DNA of 64,000 bases from the NCBI GenBank assembly GCA_035298825.1, contig DATGXR010000444.1, forward strand, positions 5,819 through 69,818, in the 5' to 3' direction. Of this stretch, positions 17,982 to 26,392 are shown piece by piece (position 1 is the stretch's first letter; every line of letters begins with the position of its first letter). The translations under genes were made by a program, and so were the position numbers. This stretch comes from Bacteroidota bacterium. GTDB taxonomy: Bacteria > Bacteroidota > Ignavibacteria > UBA10030 > UBA8401. The notes below the pieces were generated by a model, which ran no database searches, was not told the DNA's origin, and saw only the letters and a program-made list of their open reading frames with translations.

Positions 17982-18989
17982 ATGATTCAGCAGCGCATAG
18001 ACACCGCTTCTTCGACTGATGCAGACGCGTCGTGCCTTCCGGGCGCCGAGCGGCCGTTGCCTGTTTTTCTCAGCAGAAGCCCGGTGATCGAACAGATGAT
18101 GGCAACCATCTCGATGATCGCAAACTCTCCTGCCTCGGTGCTTATCACAGGGGAAAGCGGATCCGGCAAAGAGGTCATTGCCCAGTACATCCACGCCTGC
18201 AGCAACCGCTCGGCGCAACCGTTTATCGCCATCAATGCCGCGGCGCTGCCCAAAGATGTGATCGACAATGAACTCTTCGGACATGAGAAAGAAGCCTTCA
18301 CCGGCGCCATCTCGAAAAAATCAGGCTGCTTTGAGATGGCCGATCGCGGTACGCTCTTTCTTGATGAGATCGCCGAGATGCATCCCCAGACGCAGGCAAA
18401 GCTCCTGCGCGCCATCGAATCAAAGTCCTTCAGGAGGCTTGGAGGGAAGGAAGAAGTCACTGTCGATGTACGCGTGGTGGCTGCGACCAATAAGAACATT
18501 CAGCAGGCGATCCAATCCGGAGAATTCCGCGAGGACTTATTTTATCGCCTGAGCGTGATTGAACTGGCGCTTCCGCCCCTGCGCTCCCGACGGGAAGACG
18601 TTCCGCTGCTGACGGATTACTTTCTTGCTTTCTTTGCTCGAAAGTATGAACTTGCGCCGAAGACGGTGTCCCCTGAAGCGATGGAAATGATGAGCGCGTT
18701 CAACTGGCCGGGCAACGTCCGCGAGTTGCGCAACCTCACCGAAGGACTGACGCTTATGTGTCCGGATTGCTCGATCACACCCAAGGCGCTTCCCGAACGC
18801 ATCTCGAACCATGCGCCGCAGCCGCTGACGGTGTCGATTCCTGTGGGCACGCCGCTTGATATGGCCGAGCGCATCTTCATCAATCATACGCTTGCCTCTG
18901 TCGAGCAGAACAAATCGGCCGCTGCGAAAATTCTCGGAATCAGCCGCAAGACGCTTCACAACAAACTCAATGTGTTGCCCACTTCGTGA
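17982..18989 (+). CDS. sigma-54-dependent transcriptional activator (AAA+ sigma54-interaction domain + Fis-type HTH) lacking any N-terminal regulatory domain
   Basis: Walker A GESGSGKE. EAFTGA (GAFTGA variant). Walker B GTLFLDEI. Arg-finger region. C-terminal …KSAAAKILGISRKTLHNKL HTH. Start at the ATG at 17982 with AGGAAAGG upstream; the longer ORF from 17835 overlaps the upstream gene. Confidence 0.9.
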   Translation: MIQQRIDTASSTDADASCLPGAERPLPVFLSRSPVIEQMMATISMIANSPASVLITGESGSGKEVIAQYIHACSNRSAQPFIAINAAALPKDVIDNELFGHEKEAFTGAISKKSGCFEMADRGTLFLDEIAEMHPQTQAKLLRAIESKSFRRLGGKEEVTVDVRVVAATNKNIQQAIQSGEFREDLFYRLSVIELALPPLRSRREDVPLLTDYFLAFFARKYELAPKTVSPEAMEMMSAFNWPGNVRELRNLTEGLTLMCPDCSITPKALPERISNHAPQPLTVSIPVGTPLDMAERIFINHTLASVEQNKSAAAKILGISRKTLHNKLNVLPTS

Positions 18990-19059
18990 AGCGAGTCTGC
19001 ACGCAGTGGAAATTCTGCGCATCTGTCGAGACTGATCGCATCATGAGCGGGCTTCTTCC

Positions 19060-20091
19060 TTATTTTGTCAACACCATTCTCTTTACCGAGACGTACGAAC
19101 CCGCCTGCATCCGACAGAGGTACATGCCGCTGGCCAGACCTGCGGCGCTCCACGAGGTTTGATACCACCCCGGCAGCAACTCCCCATCGACAAGCACGGC
19201 CGAGACCCGACCAAGCATATCATACACTGTCACATTCACTCGCTGGCCCGAGGGAATGGAGAACCAGATTGAAGTTTCCGGATTGAAGGGATTCGGAAAA
19301 TTCTGTTCGAGCTTGAATTCACTGGCCGTTCGTTTCCCGTCAGAGACATGGCTCACCGCCGCTGTGGTTGTAAAATGATAGACGGAAGAAAAAACGCTCT
19401 TCCCATTCGGACTCGCACTCCTGACACGCCAGTAATAGGTTGTGTGGTTGTCGAGCATCAGCGTCTGCGTTGAGCACGCGCCCGCCACACTGCCCGAATC
19501 ACAAAGCGTCGCAAACAACGAATCACTCGAAAGTTGATACTCGTACCATGCCGCATGCGCTGTCTGTTGCCAATGAAGCATCACGCGTTGAGGCTGCTCG
19601 ATAGCATCGTTCACTGGCGTTAACAAAACGGGAGCCGTGGATACGTGCGGCAAGACTGCAGTCATCGATGCAATCACTGCGATGCCGTTGGGGACAAACA
19701 CATCCGGACCCGTGACGTAACGCGTTTGGACTGACGCATATTCGATATCCGTGCTGTGGCTCCAGAGACGGAACGTGATGTGCTCACCGATCGTGATGCC
19801 ATCCACCTCAGGGGTGAACACGTTGTCTCCCCAAACAGTCACTGCGCAATTCGTCCCATTCCAGATGACGCCTCCCACGCACATTCCGGAGACAGTGAAC
19901 GCACCGATCTCATCTCCTGGTGTCAGGCAGACCGTGTCGATCATCGGAGTGCTCGAGACCGGGATCGCCACGATCGCATCCAGCCCCGTGCCCGCGGAGA
20001 ATGAAAAATGGAGACACTGCGATCGTACCGAAAGCGGTGCAGCGATCATCAATGCCATCAGCATGGTTGCACGAATCATTGCTCGTCTCAT
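19060..20091 (-). CDS. secreted protein with Fn3-like domain and T9SS (Por) C-terminal sorting domain
   Basis: Signal peptide MRRAMIRATMLMALMIAAPLSVRSQ. C-terminus …FKLEQNFPNPFNPETSIWFSIPSGQRVNVTVYDMLGRV…YLCRMQAGSYVSVKRMVLTK matches the Por_Secre_tail pattern. Confidence 0.75.
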   Translation of the reverse strand: MRRAMIRATMLMALMIAAPLSVRSQCLHFSFSAGTGLDAIVAIPVSSTPMIDTVCLTPGDEIGAFTVSGMCVGGVIWNGTNCAVTVWGDNVFTPEVDGITIGEHITFRLWSHSTDIEYASVQTRYVTGPDVFVPNGIAVIASMTAVLPHVSTAPVLLTPVNDAIEQPQRVMLHWQQTAHAAWYEYQLSSDSLFATLCDSGSVAGACSTQTLMLDNHTTYYWRVRSASPNGKSVFSSVYHFTTTAAVSHVSDGKRTASEFKLEQNFPNPFNPETSIWFSIPSGQRVNVTVYDMLGRVSAVLVDGELLPGWYQTSWSAAGLASGMYLCRMQAGSYVSVKRMVLTK

Positions 20092-20161
20092 CGGTATTGG
20101 TTTCGTTTTTTTCACTGCATCGTCGTCACTGCAATGTGTCTTCGTTGAAGCCAACAGGAGA

Positions 20162-21982
20162 TCAATCGGGAAGAGGATTCGCCGGATAGACAAGCCTCAC
20201 CGGAGCAGAAACATAGACCATGTATCCGGCGCCCGGTTCGAGTGATACGAACTCCCTTATTCCCTTCGCCGGCCAGTAAATTTTGTTTGCACCGTTGACG
20301 ACAACAAGTTGCATATCCTTAATGCCTGCAAACGCTTCTGCCAGTGTCATGGAATCGGATCGCAGGTACGGAATGAGATTCATTCCCTGCTTGAGTTGTA
20401 ACGGCATGGTCGCCGGATTGATCATGCATCCGCTGAATGTGAGTGTCGTCTCCCTCTCGGCATAGATCCTGTAGCCGGAGCGTGGATCCCAGGTTGTGAT
20501 TGCGTCAATTGAAAGTGCGGGCCAGTACACGCTTCCGGCTCCATTCTTAACAATCACGCCCACCGAGCGAAGATCCCCGCAGATTGAACTCAACGATGAA
20601 TCATTGGGCTGAAGATAACTCGACACCATATTCCATCCCGGCTGCAGATGGACAATTTGTGTTGCCTGCGCCTCAGACGGTTCGACTGGTACCGGAGAGG
20701 CCAAACCGAGTGCGACTGCGATCGCACGCTGCAGCGGATGACGCCTGCCCGATGAGATTGTTTGAGCGGCATCCAGATCCGACACGAAATCGTATGTCAT
20801 GATGCCGCCGAAATGATTGGCATCCATCCAATTTACTTTTTCGACGAGACTCCGCGGCGATTCACCCACCGCAAAAAATTTCATTCCGGTCGCTACGCCG
20901 CCTTGGCCCCATCCCACCACGCCCTCATTGCGCAGAGCCGTGCCGCGTATCGAACGCACTTTGCGCACGTCATCCCATTCCTCCGTGCCGCCATTCGACT
21001 TGAGGGCTTCGATGCGATGATACGAGGCGTTCCCGTAATCAATGCCACCGATCGCCTGAAACAAGCTATCGACGTGACGAAGGACATACCCGAATGTCGG
21101 CACGCCGAGTCCGATGCGTTTCGGATCATGACCGGCGGCCACCCACTGCAGCGGCCCGCGCGTATCGTAGGCCTGGCCTTCGAATGTCGGATCGACCGTG
21201 CCTTTATGCAGAGGCGAGATGTGCCACGAGACGTTCGAATTGATCTTGCCATACCATGCATAAACATAATCATAGAGCTGCAGGTTGAACTGTTCGACCA
21301 TGTAATCCTGTTCGGGCGAATACAAGTCCTGTTGTCCGCTGCCTGCTGAGACCATCAGGAGTCCCGGAGCGCCCGAGGGGGTCTTCATCGTGTGAACACG
21401 GCGATGGAGCATGCGGATAAAGCGATTCACGATCTGGGATGAAGGAAGCGGAGCTGCCCAGGCTTCCCAGTCGAGTTCGACGCCGTCAAAATGTTTCCGT
21501 TCCGCCCACGTCACAAGCGTAGTGATGAAGAGCTCCGTACGCGCGGAATCAGCCGTCACATAATTTAAGTTCTTTGAATTGACCGCCTGGATCGTAATGA
21601 CAACTTTTACTCCCTTGCGGTGTGCGATCGTGACGAGTGAATCCAGATAGTGGGGATATCTTCCATCTCCCGGATTAGCCACACCGTTGAACTCCACGCA
21701 GACTGAATCCGATTCTGTATCCGAGGGCCGCGAAGGCGGCGGCCCGAACATATACGCCCAATAGGGCGCGGTCTTTGTGATATTCCCATTGTCGAACAAG
21801 ACCAAATGCGTCAGTCCGGTCCAATCGATTTCCCAGGGGGGCAAGGCATAGTCCGTCACGCCCAATGGCATCATCGACCATGTGGCATAATATGTGGTAA
21901 ACCATTTTGCCTGCCCCGCAGCGCTCAGCGAGAACAGGATACACAGCAGCACCCCCTGCAACAACCGATATGCGTGCTTCAC
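20162..21982 (-). CDS. glycoside hydrolase family 18 (chitinase-like) with about 280-aa C-terminal extension
   Basis: …FDGVELDWEAW… (DGxxxDWE catalytic motif, with E in place of the middle Asp). TIM-barrel N-half. Start moved to the GTG at 21982 (VKHAYRLLQGVLLCILFSLSAAGQ signal peptide), preceded by GGAGG. This removes the overlap with the next gene. Confidence 0.85.
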   Translation of the reverse strand: MKHAYRLLQGVLLCILFSLSAAGQAKWFTTYYATWSMMPLGVTDYALPPWEIDWTGLTHLVLFDNGNITKTAPYWAYMFGPPPSRPSDTESDSVCVEFNGVANPGDGRYPHYLDSLVTIAHRKGVKVVITIQAVNSKNLNYVTADSARTELFITTLVTWAERKHFDGVELDWEAWAAPLPSSQIVNRFIRMLHRRVHTMKTPSGAPGLLMVSAGSGQQDLYSPEQDYMVEQFNLQLYDYVYAWYGKINSNVSWHISPLHKGTVDPTFEGQAYDTRGPLQWVAAGHDPKRIGLGVPTFGYVLRHVDSLFQAIGGIDYGNASYHRIEALKSNGGTEEWDDVRKVRSIRGTALRNEGVVGWGQGGVATGMKFFAVGESPRSLVEKVNWMDANHFGGIMTYDFVSDLDAAQTISSGRRHPLQRAIAVALGLASPVPVEPSEAQATQIVHLQPGWNMVSSYLQPNDSSLSSICGDLRSVGVIVKNGAGSVYWPALSIDAITTWDPRSGYRIYAERETTLTFSGCMINPATMPLQLKQGMNLIPYLRSDSMTLAEAFAGIKDMQLVVVNGANKIYWPAKGIREFVSLEPGAGYMVYVSAPVRLVYPANPLPD

Positions 21983-22070
21983 TGATAACCTCCAATAAGA
22001 AAGAGAGTGAAAGTGGATACAGCGTGCCGATGATTCTCCAGGCACATGACATCTTTTGCACCGCGCTTTC

Positions 22071-24005
22071 TTAGTGCTTGGATCTCTGCGCAAACGGCTG
22101 GACCGAACGCAGACGGATATTGTCGTAATAGACGCATGCATGTCCGGGCATGTCGCGCCTCAGGAAAAATTTTGTGAAAGGCTCGGCTCCCGAAATCGGA
22201 ACGGTGATCGCATTCCATTGATCGGCTGTCAGCCGGACTTTCTGTGAAGTGTTGTTCGAGAAAACGATCTCGAGCAAGAACGATTCCGAGGGATAGGCAT
22301 CGAACGAGAGTTCCTTATACTCTGTTGCGAGGATCGGCGTTTCTTCGCCCCACGTGCCGTGTTGAAGCCAAAGCGCACCATGGTCTCCGTACTCGACTTT
22401 GATCGATCGTGAACCTGATTTGAATCGCTCCGTCGATTTAAAATTATTCACAACGCCCCAGGAGGCATCAATAAACGGCGCGCGTAGTTCCTCGTCGAAC
22501 ACCACAAGATCATCGAACGATGGACCTTTGCCCCGGTTGCTGACTGTAACGGTGATTTGCGATGCGCCGATATTATTTGCCTCATCCCATGCTTCGATTC
22601 TGATGAGATGGGTTCCGTTTGTCAGTCGCCAGGTATTGAGCGGCGCAGATACGGCGGGTGATTCTTCACACACCGGTCCGTAGGGGACGCCATCGATGAG
22701 AAATCGCAGGCCAACAATGCCGCGATTGTCCTGTGCTTCGGCCTTCAGGCTGATCACACCATTGATCGTTGCTTTTTCTTTGGGAAATGTGACACGCGCC
22801 CGCGGTTTTTCCGTGTCCTGTGTGCGAGGGCGAAGATCGCCCAGCGCGCGCGCGCGCGTGCAAACGGCAGCTGCCACACTTTGCATGAGCTGATTGCGGG
22901 CGCCCGGTTTTTCAGCCGGGAGATATCCCGCGCCCAGTTCGTAGACCATCACGCCGCCGAGACCGAGCGATCTGGCATATTCGACTTTCAGTCTGCAGCT
23001 CGAAGTATCCTCATATGAAATAAAGGTCGTGCCGTCGCCAAACCATGGCACTTGTGAAGAGTGATCCCAGTGCCGTCCTCGTTTTGGAATATCGCGCACC
23101 GTGCCCCAGTTGTGCTCGCCATAGGGACGCGAAGGTTCCACCGGCGGCGTTACATTGGTGAAGACTGTTGTGGTAAACGAAATGCTTACGCCGATTTTTG
23201 AGGCAGGATAGCCTTGGTCGAGCCACGACTTTGGTCCATGCCCGACCTGATCGATAGAAGTGCCGATATACGGTGTAAATTGGGTCGATGAAAAAACCGG
23301 CCCATTATACCCGGTGAGATTTTTCGAGTAATCGCCTCTGTAAAGCTCATATGTCATCGGATTGATCTGGTCGAACACTTCAACCATCGTCTTGCGATCA
23401 TAGGCCGGCAGCGGCGATTCGTTCGTTGCGGCGATAAAGATGCCGCGGGGCGATGACTGATCAAGCTCCTTGCGAAAGCGCCGGATGAGTTGATTGTGCC
23501 GCCATTTGTCCGCGAACTGAGGAAATTCCCAATCGAGTTCAATGCCGTCAATTTTCCATCGCCGCGCAAAGGCGCACGCGGCTGTCACGAAAACATCGAT
23601 GCGCCGATCGTCCTGGGCGATAAAACGCATATTGTCTGCTCCTGGCCCCCAAATGCCGCCGACTGAAAGAATGACCTTGACTCCTTTTTGATGAGCCGCG
23701 GAGACGAGTTCCTTTAAAAATTCGCCAGGCCGTCCGCAATCGACACCGTTGACAAGATTGGCGCTGTCCCGTCGTGTGACGAGCACATCAAGATACGGAG
23801 CCTGTCTCACCGGATTGGCAGAGAACAGCACCACATGCGTCATCAAAGAAAAATCAATCTCCGACACGGGCATCTGGTTATAATACCACCATGGATAATA
23901 TGCCGTGATCCACATCGGTTGACGTTGGGCCTCGAGCCGAATCGCAGAGACGCTGATGAGGACGCTCACAAGAAAGGCGGTGATCATTGCATGTCGTCGT
24001 CGCAT
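22071..24005 (-). CDS. glycoside hydrolase family 18 paralogue with C-terminal Ig-like and CBM-like domains
   Basis: Signal peptide MRRRHAMITAFLVSVLISVSAIRLEAQ. …IDGIELDWEFP… GH18 motif. Then an Ig-like segment and beta-sandwich-like tail. About 35-40% alignable by eye to the preceding GH18. Confidence 0.85.
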   Translation of the reverse strand: MRRRHAMITAFLVSVLISVSAIRLEAQRQPMWITAYYPWWYYNQMPVSEIDFSLMTHVVLFSANPVRQAPYLDVLVTRRDSANLVNGVDCGRPGEFLKELVSAAHQKGVKVILSVGGIWGPGADNMRFIAQDDRRIDVFVTAACAFARRWKIDGIELDWEFPQFADKWRHNQLIRRFRKELDQSSPRGIFIAATNESPLPAYDRKTMVEVFDQINPMTYELYRGDYSKNLTGYNGPVFSSTQFTPYIGTSIDQVGHGPKSWLDQGYPASKIGVSISFTTTVFTNVTPPVEPSRPYGEHNWGTVRDIPKRGRHWDHSSQVPWFGDGTTFISYEDTSSCRLKVEYARSLGLGGVMVYELGAGYLPAEKPGARNQLMQSVAAAVCTRARALGDLRPRTQDTEKPRARVTFPKEKATINGVISLKAEAQDNRGIVGLRFLIDGVPYGPVCEESPAVSAPLNTWRLTNGTHLIRIEAWDEANNIGASQITVTVSNRGKGPSFDDLVVFDEELRAPFIDASWGVVNNFKSTERFKSGSRSIKVEYGDHGALWLQHGTWGEETPILATEYKELSFDAYPSESFLLEIVFSNNTSQKVRLTADQWNAITVPISGAEPFTKFFLRRDMPGHACVYYDNIRLRSVQPFAQRSKH

Positions 24006-24069
24006 ATGGTATCTTGTCGGTTTCGTGATTGAATGGCGGCGGTTGTGATCAGCTGTGCGAAAAATCGGT

Positions 24070-26106
24070 TCAGGCAAATCTGGACTTCATCGGCCGCACA
24101 CACACACCTCCTGATGTATGCCTGCGGGCATGTGCGTCTTCAGCCACGGTCACAGCGTCTCCCGATTCACCTGCGCCGGCCGGTGCGTCAATGATGATGC
24201 TCCCACTGGCCTCCGTGGTATGCACGCGTTCTTCGTGCAAGATGTCTTCACAGATGACGCGCATCTTCCTGATCGGAATGTGATGTAGCTGCGCTGTCAG
24301 CCGAAGACGGGTCATCGACGTTTCCTTAATCGAATCAGAGCAAAGAATAATCTCGTCGACGCCGATCGTGCGGAGAAGGAATGAGAGTTTCCAATGTCCG
24401 CCATAGATCGGATAACCGTTGAGGGTCTTGCCTTCCAGCGTTGAATCATCGTCTAAAAATCCGATGGGCGAATAATTCGTCACTGTTGAATCCAGGATCC
24501 GATCAAGCATCATGATTCCGTTATCATCGGCGCCATAGAACAATACCCGCTTGCCGGCTTTGAGATCTTTATGTGACAAGTACTGCAAGACGCGAAACGA
24601 CATGCGAAAGCCGACAACAAGCGTCAACAGGAAATAGAAATCCAGCATCAATGTGAGCACGTGATCGGTCTTGAGTGGAGAGACAACGATGATTCCGGTG
24701 ATGATTGTGGCGGTGAGCGCGAATCCGACGCACTTGATCATTCGCAGCACATCGCCTAATCCCAAGAGCCTGAAGGTGCCGCGGTAGAGTCCAGAAATCC
24801 TGAACACGCTTACCTGGATCACCGTTACGGCAGCAAGCAGCTCCACCACGACGCGGGGTTGTTCTTGAGGCAGTCCATAGAGCCAGTGCGTGAGCGCGTA
24901 TGCGCAGGAAAAGGAAACAAGAATGAACGCGACATCAAAGAAGACCTGGAGCGCGTCCCGTTTCATCAACGGATGATTATAGAGCGGAAGAAATACTCCG
25001 TTTTGAAGTACGGCCATTTCTCTGTAGCGCAGTTGTCGAACACCAATCACGGTCGAGGCGCCGACGGCACCGAGCACAAATGAAGCGTCGAAATTACTCA
25101 TCACTGTCAACGAGAACGCGGTGATCCCGAGCGCGAACGAAATGGCATAGAGCACAAGCACCGCGTTGCGATGCGACAAACCGCGGGCGAGCAGTCGATG
25201 ATGGATGTGGCTCTTATCCGGCTGAAACATGGATTTCAATTTATTGAGGAGCGACGAATTGGCCGTTTGAGCATCGGGGAGGAACGAACGCAACAGCCGG
25301 CGGGCCATCGACAAGAAGGTGTCCATGATCGGCAGGCCCAGGGCCAGGATCGGAACAACGATTGCGAAGGCGGCCGAGCCTTTTGTCGATGAATGCATCG
25401 AAAGCACCGACAGGGCAAATCCCAGGAAAAGGCTTCCCGAGTCACCCAGGAAGATCCGGGCCGGATTGAAGTTGAACCGCAAAAATCCGATCAGTGCGCC
25501 CGACAGCAGGAGTGCCATGCATGCTGTTCCCATATCACCGTTGAATATCGCGATGGGTGAAATGGTGAGAAAAGCAATCGTTGCCACACCGGAAGCCAGG
25601 CCGTCGAGCCCATCGATCAGATTGATGGCATTCGTGATGCCGATCATCCAGATCATTGTCAATGGATAGTCGAACAGGCCGAGGCAGAGGGTCTGGTTCA
25701 TGAACGGAAGGCTGATCGTTGAGATCCTGAATCCGGCAAGATAAATGATGGTACTTAAAAGCAGCTGCACGAGAAATTTTTGCGCCGGTCCAAGCGGATC
25801 AATATCATCCCAGATGCCAAGCGCGAGCACAAGAAAAAGCACCATCGCGAGCGACAACCCCTCAGCAGTCGAAAGCCATGTCTGGGCGATTATCGACGAG
25901 TCGATCGTCACCAGCAGCAGGAACGAGGCGAAAAATCCCCCACAAATTGCAACGCCCCCCATCCTGGGCATGGCCTTCGTATGCACCTTTCGGGCATTCG
26001 GATAATCCATCGCACCGACTGCCGCAGCCAATTTCATGACCTGAGGTGTGAGAACGAGCGATATTCCCACCGACGCCGCAAACGCTATCATCAGATGTAG
26101 CACCAT
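24070..26106 (-). CDS. polyprenyl-phosphate HexNAc-1-phosphate transferase (WecA/MraY GT4-family) fused to a C-terminal TM + nucleotide-sugar-enzyme N-terminal-like domain (as in PglF/WbpM/CapD)
   Basis: N-half: multi-TM MraY/WecA-like (…DYPNARKVHTKAMPRMGGVAI…DGLDGLASG…). C-half: 4 TM then …KRVLFYGADDNGIMMLDRILDSTVTNYSPIGFLDDDSTLEGKTLNGYPIYGG… resembling the CoA-binding/Rossmann N-terminal region of CapD-type proteins. Start at 26106 preceded by GGGGAGGG. Confidence 0.85.
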   Translation of the reverse strand: MVLHLMIAFAASVGISLVLTPQVMKLAAAVGAMDYPNARKVHTKAMPRMGGVAICGGFFASFLLLVTIDSSIIAQTWLSTAEGLSLAMVLFLVLALGIWDDIDPLGPAQKFLVQLLLSTIIYLAGFRISTISLPFMNQTLCLGLFDYPLTMIWMIGITNAINLIDGLDGLASGVATIAFLTISPIAIFNGDMGTACMALLLSGALIGFLRFNFNPARIFLGDSGSLFLGFALSVLSMHSSTKGSAAFAIVVPILALGLPIMDTFLSMARRLLRSFLPDAQTANSSLLNKLKSMFQPDKSHIHHRLLARGLSHRNAVLVLYAISFALGITAFSLTVMSNFDASFVLGAVGASTVIGVRQLRYREMAVLQNGVFLPLYNHPLMKRDALQVFFDVAFILVSFSCAYALTHWLYGLPQEQPRVVVELLAAVTVIQVSVFRISGLYRGTFRLLGLGDVLRMIKCVGFALTATIITGIIVVSPLKTDHVLTLMLDFYFLLTLVVGFRMSFRVLQYLSHKDLKAGKRVLFYGADDNGIMMLDRILDSTVTNYSPIGFLDDDSTLEGKTLNGYPIYGGHWKLSFLLRTIGVDEIILCSDSIKETSMTRLRLTAQLHHIPIRKMRVICEDILHEERVHTTEASGSIIIDAPAGAGESGDAVTVAEDAHARRHTSGGVCVRPMKSRFA

Positions 26107-26277
26107 CGCACCCTCCCCTTTCACACTTACGAATTGATTCACCCGGCGTGTGTATGTGTGTGATGTTCCGCATCGCAATCTTTCTCTTGCAATGGATCAT
26201 GCCGCCCCCCGGCGCTGGAGAAAGATGTCATCACAACGAACACTTTCAACATAGAGTAATTCATGCGCCGATGCAAA

Positions 26278-26311
26278 TTAGAACACGCTAATATGAATTA
26301 GAATATTCTAA
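26278..26311. promoter_or_regulatory. second copy of the tandem palindromic operator: TTAGAA-CA-CGCTAA, 6-bp spacer, TTAGAA-TA-TTCTAA; on the minus strand followed by TTTGCAT (-35-like), 17 bp, TATGTT (-10-like)
   Basis: About 170 bp upstream of the WecA-like gene start (26106) and 82 bp downstream of the EBP-like gene stop. The motif, spacing and flanking GTTCTAATTTGC are shared with site 17082-17115. Confidence 0.5.
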
Positions 26312-26392
26312 CGCATCGTCACACGCCAAGGCGAAAGAGAAGGAGGAACGGCTCACCTGCAATCGTTCAAGAGGAAGAAGAGCGGGGGGCGT

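Noticed and set aside
26190-26215. Sigma54-like element GGCATG-ATCCA-TTGCA on the minus strand upstream of the WecA-like gene
   Set aside because: GG-to-GC spacing is 13 instead of the strict 12 bp. A sigma70-like TTGCAT-17-TATGTT immediately next to the palindromic boxes is a better fit.
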